IMG/VR virus record: IMGVR_UViG_2860815047_000004
DNA length: 64,000 nt
DNA from: an uncultured virus (IMG/VR IMGVR_UViG_2860815047_000004)
Taxonomy: Duplodnaviria > Heunggongvirae > Uroviricota > Caudoviricetes
Strand: one strand, 5' to 3'
Notes under the pieces: model-generated
What the model was told of the DNA's origin: nothing
Databases searched by the model: none
The model's input: the letters and a program-made list of their open reading frames with translations, nothing else
Shown: positions 46,390 through 56,263 of the stretch, one piece after another
Layout: every line of letters begins with the position of its first letter
How positions within the stretch are numbered: position 1 is the first letter of the stretch
Program-made: the position numbers and the translations under genes

Positions 46390-46418
46390 ATTATATATTT
46401 TATTTTTACTCTTGTAAA
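46390..46418 (-). promoter_or_regulatory. SigA-type promoter for yonP-yonO with an operator-like motif as spacer
   Basis: TTTACA-17 bp (AGAGTAAAAATAAAATA)-TATAAT. Confidence 0.7.
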
Positions 46419-46433
46419 CATAAAAATCCAAAG

Positions 46434-46670
46434 TTAATTGGATTTAATTTCGATTAATTCAAAAAGATCGTCAACTTTACAATTTAGAATATGTGCCATC
46501 AATAAAAGATTGTATGTACTAGGGAGAACGGTTGCAAATCCCTCGCTGTCATTTTTACACCATCTAGATATACTTGCTCTTTCAGCTTTTATTTGCTCTG
46601 CTAACCAGCCTTTTTCAATACCTTTGCTGTTTAGAAATGAATCCAACTTACTTTTAACCCTATATTCCAT
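46434..46670 (-). CDS. XRE/Cro-like HTH regulator
   Basis: WLAEQI...RASISRW...PS...LLLMAHILNCKVDDLF. Confidence 0.85.
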   Translation of the reverse strand: MEYRVKSKLDSFLNSKGIEKGWLAEQIKAERASISRWCKNDSEGFATVLPSTYNLLLMAHILNCKVDDLFELIEIKSN

Positions 46671-46848
46671 TTAAATCATCCTTTTGCTGTTTGAATAAAT
46701 TTTATAAAATGACTGGTTTACATACAAGCAGAGTATGATTATTTGCATTAAGATACAAAAATATTTGCATTTAAATGCAAATAGGCAATATAATAATTGT
46801 ATATCAACCAAGATACTTCAAAATCATCAGATATTAAGGAGGGGTCAC

Positions 46849-47133
46849 ATGGATACTTATTTTGCTTCTGTCATTGACAACTTAACTCGAAATGATCTGT
46901 ATATTCTAGGCTTATTGAGCGATGAAGGGGCTGATTTAAAGTTTAAATCAATTAGGAAGAAAACCATTCAAGCTAAAACTCAACTAACTGATGCTACTTT
47001 TAGAAAGAGCATTGATCGTCTTGAGGCCTTGCAGTTTATTAATATAGTGAAAAACAGTAAAGAGCATACAATTTTTATTACTCAATATGGTCAAGAAGCT
47101 TTGAGATATCAATTAGAAGGGGAGAGGGTTTAA
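46849..47133 (+). CDS. Winged-helix DNA-binding protein (TubR-like candidate)
   Basis: AGGAGGGG RBS; LTDATFRKSIDRLEALQFI...IFITQYGQE wHTH pattern; stop overlaps the tubulin gene start. Confidence 0.7.
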   Translation: MDTYFASVIDNLTRNDLYILGLLSDEGADLKFKSIRKKTIQAKTQLTDATFRKSIDRLEALQFINIVKNSKEHTIFITQYGQEALRYQLEGERV

Positions 47134-48245
47134 TGTTTGGTTTTATTGGAGTTGGTCAGGCCGGCGGAAGTGTAGCAGATGAAGCAATGAAGAGAGGATT
47201 TCATTCTGTCGCAATAAATTATTCACTTTCAGACCTTAATTCATTGGTCAATATTCAAGATAAGCTTCATCTGGTTGGGACAGAAGGAGTTGGCAAAGAA
47301 AGAAGTGTAGCAGCGAAACATATGAAAAACAACTGGGAATCTTCTATTGAGTTTATAAAGAACACAATGGAAAAGCCTTCAGTACAAGTCATTTTTGTTG
47401 TTTTCTCTGCAGCTGGTGGAACTGGTTCAGGGGTAGCTCCTATATTATTAGAATTGTTAAACGAATGTCTTACTCATAAAACAATAGTTGCTGTACCCAT
47501 CCTTCCTGACAACAATGAAGTATTGGTCAATCAGATGAATTCACTGGAGTTGCTTGATGACTTATCTATGCCAGAGACATGTGTTTTACCTTTGGATAAT
47601 CAAATGGTTTTGAGCAAATATGAAGGGAAGATTTCTGAAAGCAGACTATACAAGGAGACAAACAAGATGTTCCTTGATTTAATCGAAGTCTTACTCAATT
47701 ACACGGACAGAGGCTCAAAGATCAGTACATTAGACAGGAAGGATTTAAATCAGCTTTTTGACACACCAGGAATCATGACTATTGCTCAAACAGACCTCAA
47801 TGAATTTACAAATGAGGGTAAGTATTTTGATAAGCTGCATGAAGATATACAAAAGTCGTGGAACAATTCGATTTTCACTCCTGTTGAGTTTACAAATGTG
47901 ATGAGAGCTGGAGTTATTCTGGATGTTCATGAGTTCTTAACGGAACATATATCGTATAATGAGCTGTTTAATGTCTTTGATAACAAGATGCCCCTAGACT
48001 TATTTAAAGGGCATTATGATAAAGGTAATAGGGCGATAACGATTCTTAGTGGATTAACCTGGATCAATGAGCGAATGAAGCAGTTAGATGATTTAATTGA
48101 AAATGGGAACACTGAAGTTAAAGAAACAACTGTTTATAAAGCGAAGAATCGCCGTAGAGAGGATTTATTTAAACCGAAAAAACTGGAGAACAAGGAATCG
48201 AAAAAGACCTCTTATATGGAGGCACTGAAGAGACTAAAGCGCTAA
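47133..48245 (+). CDS. Tubulin/FtsZ-superfamily GTPase (TubZ-like)
   Basis: IGVGQAGG, GVGK, AAGGTGSG tubulin signature, LDN, LDRKD T7-like loop; basic C-terminal tail. Confidence 0.9.
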   Translation: MFGFIGVGQAGGSVADEAMKRGFHSVAINYSLSDLNSLVNIQDKLHLVGTEGVGKERSVAAKHMKNNWESSIEFIKNTMEKPSVQVIFVVFSAAGGTGSGVAPILLELLNECLTHKTIVAVPILPDNNEVLVNQMNSLELLDDLSMPETCVLPLDNQMVLSKYEGKISESRLYKETNKMFLDLIEVLLNYTDRGSKISTLDRKDLNQLFDTPGIMTIAQTDLNEFTNEGKYFDKLHEDIQKSWNNSIFTPVEFTNVMRAGVILDVHEFLTEHISYNELFNVFDNKMPLDLFKGHYDKGNRAITILSGLTWINERMKQLDDLIENGNTEVKETTVYKAKNRRREDLFKPKKLENKESKKTSYMEALKRLKR

Positions 48246-48255
48246 TTTTAAAGGG

Positions 48256-48287
48256 AAGCTGCCTATTTTTGGTGGCTTTTTTATTTT
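48256..48287 (+). terminator. Intrinsic terminator after the tubulin gene
   Basis: AAGCTGCC-tattttt-GGTGGCTT stem followed by a T tract. Confidence 0.65.
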
Positions 48288-49247
48288 GATTTTTTATGAC
48301 CCCCCTTGGTGATCGTGAGCTAAAAAAGTGCTTATCGTCAATGAAGATCGGAAAGGGTTAATTAGTTGATATAGCAATGTTTTAGAGCTGTCAAAGGGGA
48401 TAATAGGTGTTTTGTGATCGTAAAACGTAGACAGGAGAGAGGAAAAGTGGTTGTTTATTTAAAAATCCAATGAAAAAGGGGAGAATGAGGGGTAGAAAAA
48501 CATTGATATTATAGGCTTTTACGATAGCGGTTACGATGCGAAAATAGGCTGAAAAATGGGAAAGTGAAAAAATAAGTTGGGTGTGGAAATGGAAGTGCTA
48601 GGGGTACATTTGTTCTTGTTTTTTAGCCTTTAGATGTTAATATACCCCCTATATATTGGTATTGAATTCCCTATATAAGATACGTTATGTAGGGTTTTTA
48701 TGATTTGGCTGATAAATTTGCACAGCTAACACAATTTCAAATGAAAAACAATATTTATTTTTGAAAAAATAATTAAGCGGTCAATTTAAAAGTGAATACC
48801 CATTCATAAAAAATAATCGTGTGTATAACGAGAGGGAATGAATCGAAGTGTTATCTATACAATTTTTCATCTAACCTATACAATTCATACACCTATTTTA
48901 TATTCACTCTAATAATATTCCTTCTCATCCTTCATCTCATTACATCCACCCATAACCTTACCTGTTCTCATCTATATCCGTTTCCATTCACCACACATCA
49001 TCATATATCCATCCCATAACACACAAACCATAACATCGTCAGAAGCATTCTAATACACCTAGAATCAATTTTAAATTAATCATAGTATCATTTGTATCCA
49101 ATCCATATACACGCCTTATACAGCCTATAAACACCCATAAATAATAGTCCAAAATAATTTAAAAAAATCCATATTAAGAGTAAAAATAAAATGACTTTGT
49201 AGGAAAAATGTGCTATAATAGAGTTATAGGAAAGGAGGTGAACAGAG

Positions 49248-49426
49248 TGCTTGAGAAAGTGGGTATAACAATTGCTTTCCTTATTCCTATCACGGTTTTA
49301 ATCATCAACTGTTTAACGATAGCTGAGAAGATTCAAAACCTGATGAAGAATAAAGAAAGCAAAAATAAAAAGCGTACACGCAAGCGCCTCCGTAGCAAGA
49401 GACAACGCAAACGTATACGCAGATAA
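49248..49426 (+). CDS. yonT: Type I toxin YonT
   Basis: LEKVGITIAFLIPITVLIINCLTIAEKIQNL plus Arg/Lys-rich tail RQRKRIRR; AAGGAGGTG RBS with GTG start near 49247. Confidence 0.85.
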
Positions 49427-49500
49427 CACGCTAAAGGGGATTAATTCCCCTTTAGTCACTACCCATATTATAACATGGACAAGCACATTGTAAACATGAA
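49400..49500 (-). ncRNA. Probable SR6-like antisense antitoxin (limits approximate)
   Basis: Inferred from the known yonT/SR6 layout; hairpin CTAAAGGGGA/TCCCCTTTAG at 49431-49455. Confidence 0.4.
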
Positions 49501-49678
49501 ACGATTCTCATTATGGTTTACGAACATAACATTTATTGTTTTATTCTTATTATTTCTTTTCATCAAAGATTGCTTCAGCAGCGGAATACAGTCGCTTATC
49601 ACGGCTATCTTCATAGTAACGTGTATCATTATCATTTTGTTATGGATCGCTTACTTTGTATACGCCAAAAGAAGGTAA
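49475..49678 (+). CDS. yoyJ: YoyJ-like hydrophobic protein
   Basis: Two TM segments immediately after yonT. Confidence 0.6.
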   Translation: MDKHIVNMKRFSLWFTNITFIVLFLLFLFIKDCFSSGIQSLITAIFIVTCIIIILLWIAYFVYAKRR

Positions 49679-49719
49679 ACAAATCTAACTGACATCGTGC
49701 TATACTAAGCTTATTAGAG

Positions 49720-49968
49720 GTGAGCGGAATGGAAAATCAAATTTTTGAAGCGATACAGCAACTTTCTAAGGATATTAACACAATTAAGCAGGACGTTAAG
49801 GATATTAAAGAAACGGTTAAACGGATCGAAGAAAATGAACCTGAAGAGGTTGTATCCATGCTTAAAATTATTAACAAGAATATTGAAAGTGACCACCGAT
49901 ACAATGATAAGAAATTCTCTGGGCTTGAAAGACGTATTCATGATCTTGAAGAAAGAATCAACAATTGA
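49720..49968 (+). CDS. Small coiled-coil protein (yonU position)
   Basis: Heptad pattern; GAGGTG RBS. Confidence 0.6.
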   Translation: MSGMENQIFEAIQQLSKDINTIKQDVKDIKETVKRIEENEPEEVVSMLKIINKNIESDHRYNDKKFSGLERRIHDLEERINN

Positions 49969-50048
49969 GTTTCATATATGAGAAGGAGCGGTAAAACATT
50001 TATCCGTTCCTTTATTTTTAATATTAAAGGGGGAAGTCGGTATATATT

Positions 50049-51266
50049 ATGAATAAAATTAAAATAATTGATTCGGTTATGGGGAGCGGTAAGACATCTG
50101 CAGCGATTAACAAAATGAATTCTGCTAGTAAAGAAGAAACCTTTATATTCATCACACCTTATTTAAATGAAGTTGAGCGCATAAAGAAAAGCATAAAGTC
50201 CAAACAATTTTTTGAACCTAAAGTAAAGAAGAAAGGTGATAAAACACAGTATAAGTTTGAATCCTTTCACGAACTCTTATCACAGAATAAAAACATTGTG
50301 GCAACTCATAACCTTTTTAAAAACGCAAACGACGAGACAAAGGAACTTATACTTGCAGGCAATTACACACTGATATTAGATGAAGTCATGGAAGTAGTGG
50401 AACAATTACAGGTAAAGAAACATGATCTAACCACACTGTTTGATTCCAATCTGATTTATATTGAAAACGGTTTTGTCAAATGGAATGAAGAAAAAAAAGA
50501 CTATGAAACACGATACGATGATATTCGAGATATGGCGTTAAATAACAACCTAATGTATTTCAAAGATAATATATTGATTTGGAACTTTCCTGCCGACGTA
50601 TTCCAGTTATTCAAGGAAGTTTACATACTTACATATATGTTTGATGCTCAAATACAAAAATATTACTACGATCTGAACAACATTAAGTATCAAAAGTACA
50701 GTTCAGCTTACATGGATGGACAGTATAGCTTCATTGATCACCGTCCTGATTATGAAAGGAGCTTTAAGAAAGAGTTAAGAAACAAAATAAAAATATATGA
50801 AGGAAATCTAAACACAATAGGACAACTGGAGTTTTCACTGTCTTCTAATTGGTATAAAAATAAATCACCATACACCATCAAAAAGGTGAAGAACAATGTA
50901 TTCAATTACTTTAATAATATTGTTAAGTCGTCAAGTGATGAAGCTATGTGGACGACTTATTCAGACCATAAGAACAGAATAAAGGGCAATGGGTATACAA
51001 AGGGGTTTGTCTCATGTAATGCACGTTCTACAAACGAGTTTAAGCATAAGAAACACTTAGCATATACAATAAACAGATATACGAATACTGTTCTGTATAA
51101 TTATTTTAAAGAAAAGTACAGTATTACAATAGACCAGGACGCATTTGCATTGTCTGAGTTAGTGCAATGGGTATGGAGGTCAGCTATTAGGGATGGAGAA
51201 GAAATAACTTTGTACATACCTTCTTTAAGAATGAGGAAGCTGCTCACAAACTGGCTCGATACCTGA
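50049..51266 (+). CDS. yonV: Helicase-like P-loop NTPase (YonV)
   Basis: DSVMGSGKTS Walker A; LILDEV Walker B; QWVWRSAIR motif. Confidence 0.8.
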   Translation: MNKIKIIDSVMGSGKTSAAINKMNSASKEETFIFITPYLNEVERIKKSIKSKQFFEPKVKKKGDKTQYKFESFHELLSQNKNIVATHNLFKNANDETKELILAGNYTLILDEVMEVVEQLQVKKHDLTTLFDSNLIYIENGFVKWNEEKKDYETRYDDIRDMALNNNLMYFKDNILIWNFPADVFQLFKEVYILTYMFDAQIQKYYYDLNNIKYQKYSSAYMDGQYSFIDHRPDYERSFKKELRNKIKIYEGNLNTIGQLEFSLSSNWYKNKSPYTIKKVKNNVFNYFNNIVKSSSDEAMWTTYSDHKNRIKGNGYTKGFVSCNARSTNEFKHKKHLAYTINRYTNTVLYNYFKEKYSITIDQDAFALSELVQWVWRSAIRDGEEITLYIPSLRMRKLLTNWLDT

Positions 51267-51605
51267 TAAAGAGGACAAACCTCTTAAACTTAAAAAATAA
51301 GCCAGTCATATCAAGGGTTTTAGAGCCTAAGTCTTAAGGAGAACCAGAAAAATAATTAAATAAAAAATAATAAATTCGTCCGTAAAGAAAGTGCCTTTAC
51401 GGCCGTCTCGTTTCAGCAAGCTGAACCTCGATAATATGTTCTTCTTTTTTAGAATAAAAATAAAATAACTATTGTTAATTTTAAATGCTCATGCTATACT
51501 CTAATCAAGTTAAAGCAACAGTGAAGTGAACATACTTTAAGAATAAAAATAAAATGTTTTAAGGATGCATTAAACTTAAAAAATTTAAAGAGGAGAATAC
51601 ATAAC

Positions 51606-52460
51606 ATGAAGAATACCAATCTATATTTAATCAAAGAAAGTGAAAGAGAGCAGTACATGGATCGAATTGACGTCTTGGACAAAGTGAAAAAGTTAAAGAT
51701 GCTAGGTGACAAAAAACATACCTCAATAAAATTCTTGTCAGAGTATTTCGGAATGAAAGTACCTACATTGACTACATACATCCATAGAAATAATGAGGTT
51801 TTGGTTGAAGATGGACTAAAGAAACTAGAAGGATTAGAGCTTGAAGGATTTAAGCATAAATATAATATGCCTGGGAAATTCATTAAGCTATATATCGTTC
51901 CTAAAAGAGCAGCTTTAAGATTGGCAATGATCCTTAAAAATTCAGATACAGCCATTAAGGTAAGAAAAGAACTCACAGATGAGGAGGACGGTGCTCAACA
52001 AGAGTTTGTTCCATCGGTTTTTCATGAAAGGAAAGAAGTTGTTGCGCCTGCTTCAGATACAAATGTAATTAAAGAAATGATGAAGTCGAACAATATACAA
52101 ATTCTACATGAGGTGAAGAACATGTTAACGCCGATTTTTAATATGCAGCAATCTGTGCAAAACATGACAGAAATCTCAACAAAAGAAATCTTTGATCTTA
52201 AAAACGAAATTTTGTCTTTGAAACATGAAAAGACTGGAACAAACAAACTATTAGCTGATAAAGACGACAAGATCAATAAACTTAGCAACAAAGTTAAAAG
52301 CCAGAAGAAAAGAATAGACAGGCTTCAAGAGCTTATAGCAAGTGAGTTGATCGATTTTGATGAAGAGGGTTCCAAATCAACAAAAGTTAAAAAAGAGGAT
52401 AATCCTTTAAAAAACATAAAGCTAAAAATGGATCGGAACGGTAACTTGGAAAGGATGTAA
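51606..52460 (+). CDS. Putative DNA-binding/antirepressor-like protein with coiled coil
   Basis: R..LDKVK.L...RAALRLAMILKNSDTA.KVR pattern; own promoter upstream. Confidence 0.55.
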   Translation: MKNTNLYLIKESEREQYMDRIDVLDKVKKLKMLGDKKHTSIKFLSEYFGMKVPTLTTYIHRNNEVLVEDGLKKLEGLELEGFKHKYNMPGKFIKLYIVPKRAALRLAMILKNSDTAIKVRKELTDEEDGAQQEFVPSVFHERKEVVAPASDTNVIKEMMKSNNIQILHEVKNMLTPIFNMQQSVQNMTEISTKEIFDLKNEILSLKHEKTGTNKLLADKDDKINKLSNKVKSQKKRIDRLQELIASELIDFDEEGSKSTKVKKEDNPLKNIKLKMDRNGNLERM

Positions 52461-53383
52461 TGACAATGACAAACGAATTATCAACAGAGTTCAAATATGA
52501 TTTAGTCGATCAATCAACAGCTGAATTTCTGAAACAGAAAGAATTCAACATGCGTGAGATTGTAGGCAAGGCTTATACCGAGCTAGGAAGAGAGCTGAAG
52601 GAAGCGCAAGAAATGCTCGCTATGAATGGGTACGGGTGTTTTGAGGAATGGTGTATGTCTATAGGAATTAATAGAAAGGCAGTTAATAGGTTAATACAAC
52701 GATATGAATTGATTGTGACAAATTGTCACAATCAAGAATTAATAGAAGACCTACCTGTTTCTCTAACATATGAAATAGCTAAACCTTCATCAGAATCAAC
52801 AGAATCAAAGAAACAAGCTAAGGAAGCAGTACTAAACGGTGAAATCAAGAAACTAAAGGAATACAAAGAGCTTGAAGCTAAGTTGAGGAAAGCTGAAGAG
52901 GATAATAAGAATCTTAGTTATGAATTAAGCCAAGAAAAGAAGAACAGGACAGTTGTTGAAAAAGTCATTGATAACACTGACTACAAACAAATAGACACAT
53001 TAAAAAAAGAATTAGAGCACAAAAATAAAAAATATGAAAACTTATCAAAACAAAAAATGATCTTAGAGCAACAACTTGAAAGGAGTGATGTGAAAGTAAA
53101 AGAATACGAGGAGCTAACAAACAAATTAAAGGCCGTAACAAGAGAGCAGGATGACTTGGGGAGACAAGTTGAGGCCACATCAGAGCTTTCTGAAATGGTT
53201 TGGGAGATTGAAAAAGTACTAAAAGGTAGTTTAGCGCCTGTAAAGTATGCAAAGGCCATTAGGGATATGAGTGACAATCAAATTATAATGAACAATCTTG
53301 ATTCTGTAATCGGGCATGTGGAATCCTGGTGCAAAGAAATGAGAAAAATTACGAATAAAAATAATATTATTGAGGTGGTTTAA
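52460..53383 (+). CDS. DUF3102-like coiled-coil protein
   Basis: ELGRELKEAQEML...GCFEEWC...AVNRLIQRY motif. Confidence 0.65.
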   Translation: MTMTNELSTEFKYDLVDQSTAEFLKQKEFNMREIVGKAYTELGRELKEAQEMLAMNGYGCFEEWCMSIGINRKAVNRLIQRYELIVTNCHNQELIEDLPVSLTYEIAKPSSESTESKKQAKEAVLNGEIKKLKEYKELEAKLRKAEEDNKNLSYELSQEKKNRTVVEKVIDNTDYKQIDTLKKELEHKNKKYENLSKQKMILEQQLERSDVKVKEYEELTNKLKAVTREQDDLGRQVEATSELSEMVWEIEKVLKGSLAPVKYAKAIRDMSDNQIIMNNLDSVIGHVESWCKEMRKITNKNNIIEVV

Positions 53384-53384
53384 T

Positions 53385-53987
53385 ATGGCGATTAATGAAT
53401 TGGAATTGAACAAGATGTCAAATGGAGAAATTGATATGCTCATGGACAAGGTATTAAGTTTAAAAGTTAATAGATTAAGTGAAGATTTTATAAAAATGGC
53501 TGATAAACAAAAAGAGCTGGAACTTCAAGTTGAGCAGTTGTCTTTAAAAGAAAGTGAAAATGCAGAAGAAATTTCAAAGATGGAAGGCAAGTTTAAAGAA
53601 TACGATGAAACATTCTTTACCTTCCAACATGATAAATCAGGAAAATTTCTGGAGTTTAAAAATGCTGCTAAAAGTAAAGTGTTTGATTATGTAAAACCAA
53701 TTGGCAGTCCAGAGCACCTTTTATTTTATAGAGGGTTGTTGATGCAATGCTATGGAAAAGTGTCTGAAGCTCTAAATGTACCTAATACTTCGAGCATTAA
53801 CATCAATGACTTTGAAGCTGCTTTGAAAATTGTTAAAAGATGGGCGCCAAGCAGAAAATATATTGACAAGAAAATTAACGAATACATAGCTATGCATGAA
53901 AATAATTCACTTCAACGAGAGAAAGTCAATGCTTTATTTACATATTTAGAAAAAACAGAAGAGGGAACAAAAGGGGGAATTATTTAG
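53385..53987 (+). CDS. Hypothetical protein (ORF6C-like C-terminus)
   Basis: LNVPNTSSI...DFEAALKIVKRW.P pattern; GAGGTGG RBS. Confidence 0.55.
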   Translation: MAINELELNKMSNGEIDMLMDKVLSLKVNRLSEDFIKMADKQKELELQVEQLSLKESENAEEISKMEGKFKEYDETFFTFQHDKSGKFLEFKNAAKSKVFDYVKPIGSPEHLLFYRGLLMQCYGKVSEALNVPNTSSININDFEAALKIVKRWAPSRKYIDKKINEYIAMHENNSLQREKVNALFTYLEKTEEGTKGGII

Positions 53988-53988
53988 A

Positions 53989-55785
53989 ATGACTGTAAAG
54001 TTTAACAAACAACAATTAGAAGCGATTAATTTTTATAAAGGGGCTTGTGCAGTCATTGCAGGCGCAGGGAGCGGTAAAAGCACCGTTCTCCTTAACCGTG
54101 TTAAAACATTGGTGAGGGATTACGGTGAAGATCAAGAGGATATTTTAGCCATCAGTTTTACGCGTAATACTGCAAATGAGCTTAAGAAGAAATTACATAA
54201 ACAGAAATTAGCTAGTGTGAATGTAGGTACATTTCATTCAGTATGCCGTAACATTCTTCTCAAAGAAGGAATTGAAATTAACGAGAAAAATACGATTAAA
54301 GAATGGCAGCGAGAAAACTGTTTTAAATCACTTGAAGAGAAGCCAGACATTAAAGACATTACGGGTTTCATTAGCTACCAAAAGAACTTTTTAAGGAGCT
54401 ACACAGACGAGTTTTTAATTAAAGAGAGTAAATATACTGAGGAGCAATTACGTCTCTTCTATAAGGAGTATGAGGCTTTTAAATCCAAAAACGGACTGTA
54501 TGATTATGATGATTATTTATTGGAGTGTTACAAGGTGCTAAAAAACAATAAACATAAGTATACGTATGAATTTATCCTTGTAGACGAGCATCAAGATTCT
54601 AACTTAGTACAAAATCTCATTTTGAAAGAACTTTGCGCCTCTGGGAATATATTCTGCTTATTCGATTATAGGCAAGCTATTTACACATTTAGAGGCGGTA
54701 ATACTGAGTATTGTATGGAGTTTGAAAAGGATTGGGAAAACGCCACTGTTATTAACCTAGATACAAATTATAGATCAAATAAAAACATTGTTGATAACGC
54801 AAATAGCTTTATCAAGGAATACTACGGTGACTATGAACATTATGCAGACTCCATCCCTAATATTCATAACAATGGCGAGATTCAGACACTAACGTATCAG
54901 GACAGAGAAACAGAAGGACTGAATACAGTTGATAAAATTGAAACATTGCTTAAATCTGGTGAAAAACCATCAGAAATTTGTGTCCTTTATAGATTAAACT
55001 CTCATTCTAGCTATGTTGAGAATGAACTAAAAAGGCGTGAAATTGAATATGATATTTCTAACAATGGGAGCTTTTTCAAGAGAAAAGAGGTAAAAGGGAT
55101 TGTAGCGTATTTAAGATTAATTCGTGATCCACATGATGATGCAGCCTTTCGAGATATCTTCACACTAAGGAATGATCCATTTCGTTATTTTAGCAATAAG
55201 AATTTAAAAGATGTTGAGTCATTTGCCGGACAAACAAATATGTCCCTATATGAGGCCATGTTAAATTTGAGATTTGATCGTCCGACTCAAAACGATAATG
55301 TCTTGAAATTCCAAAGTATGATTAATAAACTCCAAATGCAAGTGCTTAAAGGGATTGCCGTGGAAGAATTGATCGACAATGTAGTTAAAACTTTCAGAAT
55401 GAATGATTACATAGAAGAGAAATACCTCGATGAAGATGAGATAACTGACAGAAAAGAATCTCTCAATACCATGAAGAAATTTGTTAAGAATAATAACTTA
55501 GAGCAGTTCATTAATTTTGTATACGGCAGCAAGCCAAGTAAAAAGAAAAATGAAAATGCCGTGCGATTAATGAGTATTCACGCAAGCAAGGGTCTAGAAT
55601 TTAAACATGTGTTCTTAATTGGGGTTGAAGATGGTAAGTTTCCTCATAGAAAAAGCGATCTTTTAGATGAAGCAAGATTATTTTATGTCGGTGTAACAAG
55701 ACCTAAGGAGAGCCTGTATCTTAGTCAAATTGGTCACTGTAATATGTTTTTTGATGAGTATAGGCAACAGGAGCTTGTTTGCTAA
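53989..55785 (+). CDS. UvrD/PcrA-family SF1 helicase
   Basis: AGAGSGKS, ISFTRNTA, GTFHS, LVDEHQD, NYRS, SIHASKGLEF, RLFYVGVTR. Confidence 0.95.
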   Translation: MTVKFNKQQLEAINFYKGACAVIAGAGSGKSTVLLNRVKTLVRDYGEDQEDILAISFTRNTANELKKKLHKQKLASVNVGTFHSVCRNILLKEGIEINEKNTIKEWQRENCFKSLEEKPDIKDITGFISYQKNFLRSYTDEFLIKESKYTEEQLRLFYKEYEAFKSKNGLYDYDDYLLECYKVLKNNKHKYTYEFILVDEHQDSNLVQNLILKELCASGNIFCLFDYRQAIYTFRGGNTEYCMEFEKDWENATVINLDTNYRSNKNIVDNANSFIKEYYGDYEHYADSIPNIHNNGEIQTLTYQDRETEGLNTVDKIETLLKSGEKPSEICVLYRLNSHSSYVENELKRREIEYDISNNGSFFKRKEVKGIVAYLRLIRDPHDDAAFRDIFTLRNDPFRYFSNKNLKDVESFAGQTNMSLYEAMLNLRFDRPTQNDNVLKFQSMINKLQMQVLKGIAVEELIDNVVKTFRMNDYIEEKYLDEDEITDRKESLNTMKKFVKNNNLEQFINFVYGSKPSKKKNENAVRLMSIHASKGLEFKHVFLIGVEDGKFPHRKSDLLDEARLFYVGVTRPKESLYLSQIGHCNMFFDEYRQQELVC

Positions 55786-55830
55786 CAATCAAAATAAAAT
55801 GCATATTTTAAACAGAATGGTAGTGATAGT

Positions 55831-56085
55831 ATGACAAAATTTAATGGGGTACAACTAACAGAAAAATCAATTCGAATGACTAGAAAGTGGTTTTCTGATA
55901 ATGCGATTGCTTGTATTGAAGAAGTAAAACGTGGAGAAGTAAAAGTAAATGATTGTGAATATTATTTTGCATGGAGAAATAAAGAAGCTAAAGAATATAT
56001 GGAAGGTAAACACGACCATACTGTAACATTCTTACAACGTGCATACTTTATACAAACAGGTGAAAGTGTAGCTTTATTACCTTAG
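55831..56085 (+). CDS. Hypothetical protein
   Basis: 84-aa ORF between two 11-6-11 sites. Confidence 0.7.
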   Translation: MTKFNGVQLTEKSIRMTRKWFSDNAIACIEEVKRGEVKVNDCEYYFAWRNKEAKEYMEGKHDHTVTFLQRAYFIQTGESVALLP

Positions 56086-56131
56086 AGAAATATGAATAAA
56101 ATAACAATTTAAACGGAATGGAGAGATTGAA

Positions 56132-56263
56132 ATGAAAGAAGTTAGCCACAACGAATGGATGAATGCGGTTAAGAAGTTGAATGAAGGGCAACCAAGCGTT
56201 ATTGATCTGGTTAATCAGCAAATTGAATCATATGAGAATGAAAAAGAGGGCAGGGATGAATAA
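56132..56263 (+). CDS. Small ORF (43 aa; absent from ORF track)
   Basis: GGAGAG RBS; MKEVSHNEWMNAVKKLNEGQPSVIDLVNQQIESYENEKEGRDE. Confidence 0.55.
   Translation: MKEVSHNEWMNAVKKLNEGQPSVIDLVNQQIESYENEKEGRDE

Noticed and set aside
49248..49678. yonT-yoyJ toxin locus as a novel system
   Set aside because: Matches the known SPbeta yonT/yoyJ/SR6 type I toxin-antitoxin system.
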